Assembly: GCA_963931605.1 (NCBI GenBank)
Contig: OZ007031.1
Span: 913,332 to 977,331 of the forward strand
Length of the DNA: 64,000 nt
Direction of reading: 5' to 3'
Source of the DNA: an uncultured Coriobacteriaceae bacterium
GTDB taxonomy: Bacteria; Actinomycetota; Coriobacteriia; Coriobacteriales; Coriobacteriaceae
Numbering within the stretch: the stretch's first letter is position 1; the number at the start of each line of letters is the position of its first letter. Both the position numbers and the translations under genes were made by a program. Below, one piece after another: positions 61,551 to 64,000 of the stretch. The notes beneath the pieces are model-generated. The model ran no database searches, was not told the DNA's origin, and saw only the letters and a program-made list of their open reading frames with translations.

Positions 61551-63260
61551 TCACGCCACCTCCCCTGCGGCGTGCGGGCTGGCGCCTGCGGGGCTGCCCG
61601 CGGCTGCCGCGTCGAACGCGCAGCCCTTCTCGCCCGCCGCGGCCGCACAAGCCGCGCGCTCCTCGTCCAAAAGCTCGGCCGAGAAGAGGTTCCCCCGCCC
61701 GAGCAGCCCCTGCGGGTCCAGCTGGCACTTGAGCCGCGCCATCTCGCGCAGGTGCCCCTCGCCGTACATAACGGCCAAGAAGTCGCGCTTGATCTTGCCC
61801 ACGCCATGCTCCGCCGACACCGCGCCGCCCATGTCTGTGACCGCGCACGCCCAGCGGCAGAACAGCTCCTTGCCGCGGGCGTGGTCGGCAGCGTTGCGCG
61901 GCAGCACGTTCACGTGCAGGTGGTTGTTGCCGATGTGGCCCCAGGTGGCGCTTTCGAGCCCCGCCTCGGCGAGCGTTTCGCGGTAGAGCGCCATCACGTC
62001 GTGCAGGCGGTCGTCGGGCACCGCCATGTCCGAGCCCAGCTTGGTGATGGCGGGGTCGGTGCGGCGCCGCTCGTCTATGAGCATGTTCACGCTCTCGGGC
62101 ACCGCGTGGCGGAAAAACCGCAGCCGCTCGCGGTCCACGTCGGTGCGGGCAACCCACGTGGCGTCCTCGCTGCCGCCCACCCGGGCGATAAGCGCCGCCA
62201 CGCGCTCAAGAGCGGCAAGCGCCTCGGGCTCGTCCGCGCAGCCCAGCTCGACGAACACGCACGCCGCGGCGGCCGGGTCCACGTCGGGCAGGGACGCAAA
62301 GCCCGCGCCCGCCGCCTTCTGGTGCCGCAGGATCCCCAGCGCCGCCCCGTCGAAGTACTCGAACGCCAGCGCGCACCCAAGCTCCGGGCGGGCGGCAACC
62401 ACGAAGTCGAGCGCCTGGGACTCCGCGGTAAAAAAGCAGCTCACCGCCCACACCACGGCGGGCGCCGACACAAGCTCGACCTCTATCTCGGTCACCACGC
62501 CCAGCGTGCCGTCCGAGCCCACGAACAGATCCACGGCGTCCATGCCGTCCTCTATGTAGTAACCCGAGGCGTTCTTGGTGCGCGGCATCTCGTAGGACGG
62601 GAGTGCCAGGTCCATGCGGCGGCCCTGCTCGGTCTCAAGCGCAAGCGTCCGCTCCGCCCCGCGCCCGCGCGCCACCCGCGCGCCGCGCTCAAGCGCCAGC
62701 GTCTCGCCGGAGGCGAGCACCACGCGCAACGCCCGGATGTGCGGGCGCGCCGGCCCGTAGCGGTAGCTGCGCGCGCCGGAGGCGTTGCACGCCACGATGC
62801 CGCCGAGCGTGGCAGAGGCCTCGGTGGGGTCCGTGGGGAAGATCTGCTCGGGCCCCTCGCAAAGCTCGCCCCACGCCCGCAGGCTCTCGGCGTCCCACCC
62901 GGCGGTGGGCATGCTCTTGTCGGCCAGGTACTTGCGCAGGTTGGCCAGCACCACGCCCGGCTGCAGGCGCACGCAGAAGACCGCGGCGCCGTCCGGGCCG
63001 GGAGCCACCCGCATCCCCAGCACGCGGTCCATGCGCGCAAGGTTCATCACATGCCCGCCCGCGGGCACCGCGCCGGCCGCCAAGCCGGTGCGGGCGCCTT
63101 GCACCGTCACCGGCGTGCCCGCGGCGCTCATCTGCCGCATAAGCGCGCGCACCTCGTCCTCGCTCACGGGAAACGAGATGCTCGCCGCGCTGCCCTGCGT
63201 GCGTGACTCGTCGCGGCAAAAGCCGGCGTAGCCCTCGTCCATCGGGTGCACGTTGACCAT
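61551..63260 (-). CDS. FAD-binding oxidoreductase (GlcD/D-lactate dehydrogenase family) with Ala-rich C-terminal tail, 569 aa
   Basis: FAD_binding_4-type VTVQGARTGLAAGAVP and GHIGNNHLHVN, plus C-terminal SAEHGVGKIK. AAGGAGG RBS. The stop is 1 nt from the etfB start. Confidence 0.88.
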   Translation of the reverse strand: MVNVHPMDEGYAGFCRDESRTQGSAASISFPVSEDEVRALMRQMSAAGTPVTVQGARTGLAAGAVPAGGHVMNLARMDRVLGMRVAPGPDGAAVFCVRLQPGVVLANLRKYLADKSMPTAGWDAESLRAWGELCEGPEQIFPTDPTEASATLGGIVACNASGARSYRYGPARPHIRALRVVLASGETLALERGARVARGRGAERTLALETEQGRRMDLALPSYEMPRTKNASGYYIEDGMDAVDLFVGSDGTLGVVTEIEVELVSAPAVVWAVSCFFTAESQALDFVVAARPELGCALAFEYFDGAALGILRHQKAAGAGFASLPDVDPAAAACVFVELGCADEPEALAALERVAALIARVGGSEDATWVARTDVDRERLRFFRHAVPESVNMLIDERRRTDPAITKLGSDMAVPDDRLHDVMALYRETLAEAGLESATWGHIGNNHLHVNVLPRNAADHARGKELFCRWACAVTDMGGAVSAEHGVGKIKRDFLAVMYGEGHLREMARLKCQLDPQGLLGRGNLFSAELLDEERAACAAAAGEKGCAFDAAAAGSPAGASPHAAGEVA

Positions 63261-63608
63261 GGCCCCTCCTTACCTGCAGCCTTGGCACACCGCCCCGGCC
63301 GCGCCGATACGGCGGCCGGGGCGCAGGGGTATAGGTGCCTCATTATGCCGCCGCGCACGGACGCGACCCGATTTCGTTAACAACTCGTAACGAGCGCACC
63401 GTTGGCAAACTTGCCGCGCGCCTATGGAGAAACCGTGATTATTATGTATCGCATGTCGCCTTGGGCGCGGGCCCCGTGCAAGCCCGCCGCCCGAGCGACG
63501 CCCCGGCCCCGCACCAGGCGAGAAGCACCCGGGCACGGCCGTGCCGGGTTTCCCGTTTACCGACATGCGCCCGACTGGCCCGCACGTCACGACTCATCGG
63601 AGGTAACC

Positions 63609-64000
63609 ATGAGCACACCTGTCATTACCCGCCGCAGCCTCATCGCCTCCCTCGCGTTTACGGGCTCCGTGGCGCTCGCGGGCTGCAGCAACGAGGGCGC
63701 AGACAGCGCCGAGGACGCCGGCAGCGGCTCCGGATCGGCCGCTGCGAGCGGCACCTACAGGATCGGCGTGCTGCAGCTCACCGAGCACGGCGCGCTCGAC
63801 CAGGCCAACGAGGGCTTCGTCGCCGCGCTCAAAGACGCCGGCATCCCCAAGGACTGCATCGACCAGCAGAACGCCCAGAACGACCAGTCCACCTGCCAGA
63901 CCATCGCCGCCAAGCTCGTGAACGATGGCGACGACCTGATCTTCGCCATCGGCACGCCGGCGGCGCAGGCCGTGGCCGCCGCCACCTCCGACATCCCCAT
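63609..64000 (+). CDS. lipoprotein, ABC transporter substrate-binding protein (ABC_sub_bind/PF04392-like), 5' part (3' end outside window)
   Basis: Not in the ORF track because there is no stop in the window. GGAGG lies 5 nt before ATG 63609. Tat-like TRRSLIASLAFTGSVALAGCS with a lipobox, then YRIGVLQLTEHGALDQANEGF. Confidence 0.8.
   Translation, partial: MSTPVITRRSLIASLAFTGSVALAGCSNEGADSAEDAGSGSGSAAASGTYRIGVLQLTEHGALDQANEGFVAALKDAGIPKDCIDQQNAQNDQSTCQTIAAKLVNDGDDLIFAIGTPAAQAVAAATSDIP

Noticed and set aside
63528-63557. Terminator-like hairpin (CCCGGGCACGG/CCGTGCCGGG followed by TTTCCCGTTT) ~60 nt upstream of the SBP gene, as a riboswitch or attenuator
   Set aside because: No plus-strand gene lies upstream and I see no recognisable aptamer or leader peptide. 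It may be another GGCGAGAAG-associated repeat hairpin. The support is too weak for a feature call.

Overview
64-kb chromosomal window from a high-G+C Gram-positive-type genome, about two-thirds G+C by eye. The gene content includes a VanRS-like two-component pair, long-form HPF, ComF, DegV, an EtfAB/GlcD-type module, an ECF transporter and a D-Asp-ligase-type ATP-grasp gene. Together with strong AGGAG-type RBSs this suggests an anaerobic Actinomycetota, probably Coriobacteriia. That assignment is inference only, and all family calls come from motifs I recognise in the translations, because no search was possible. I support about 50 protein genes, roughly 40 of them on the minus strand. I also support one tRNA-Thr(CGU), one IS1249/IS256-type insertion sequence with 29-bp terminal inverted repeats, and a probable cobalamin riboswitch ahead of a DUF4430-ecfT-ecfAA'S operon. 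One GH1 gene is broken by an in-frame TAG, and there are several hairpin terminators and one good sigma70-type promoter (rplM). The most unusual content is non-coding. Five 0.4-0.7-kb intergenic blocks (about 2829-3440, 6010-6700, 16545-17165, 20010-20430, 37965-38415) are built from short degenerate motifs (TTYTCGGCAGGTGC, GGTTGGTCGC, GGGCGARAA..TCATACG). The motifs repeat in tandem at about 30/52/62-bp phases; four blocks then repeat in the opposite orientation as large imperfect mirror arrays, while 6010-6700 mirrors only its GGTTGGTCGC sub-motif around a dyad core. There is also a ~70-bp palindromic element family (3 copies), two of which, each with a second conserved hairpin, bracket a helicase gene. 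Other points of interest are a DUF523(TudS-like)-nucleoside phosphorylase fusion, an XRE-HTH-aminotransferase fusion with a GTTCAATTT operator cluster, and a His/Cys-rich tail on a dehydrogenase. A three-gene activase/DUF2229 cluster sits divergent from a YgiQ radical-SAM gene. Most long track ORFs that overlap these genes on the other strand or in another frame are GC-driven shadow ORFs.
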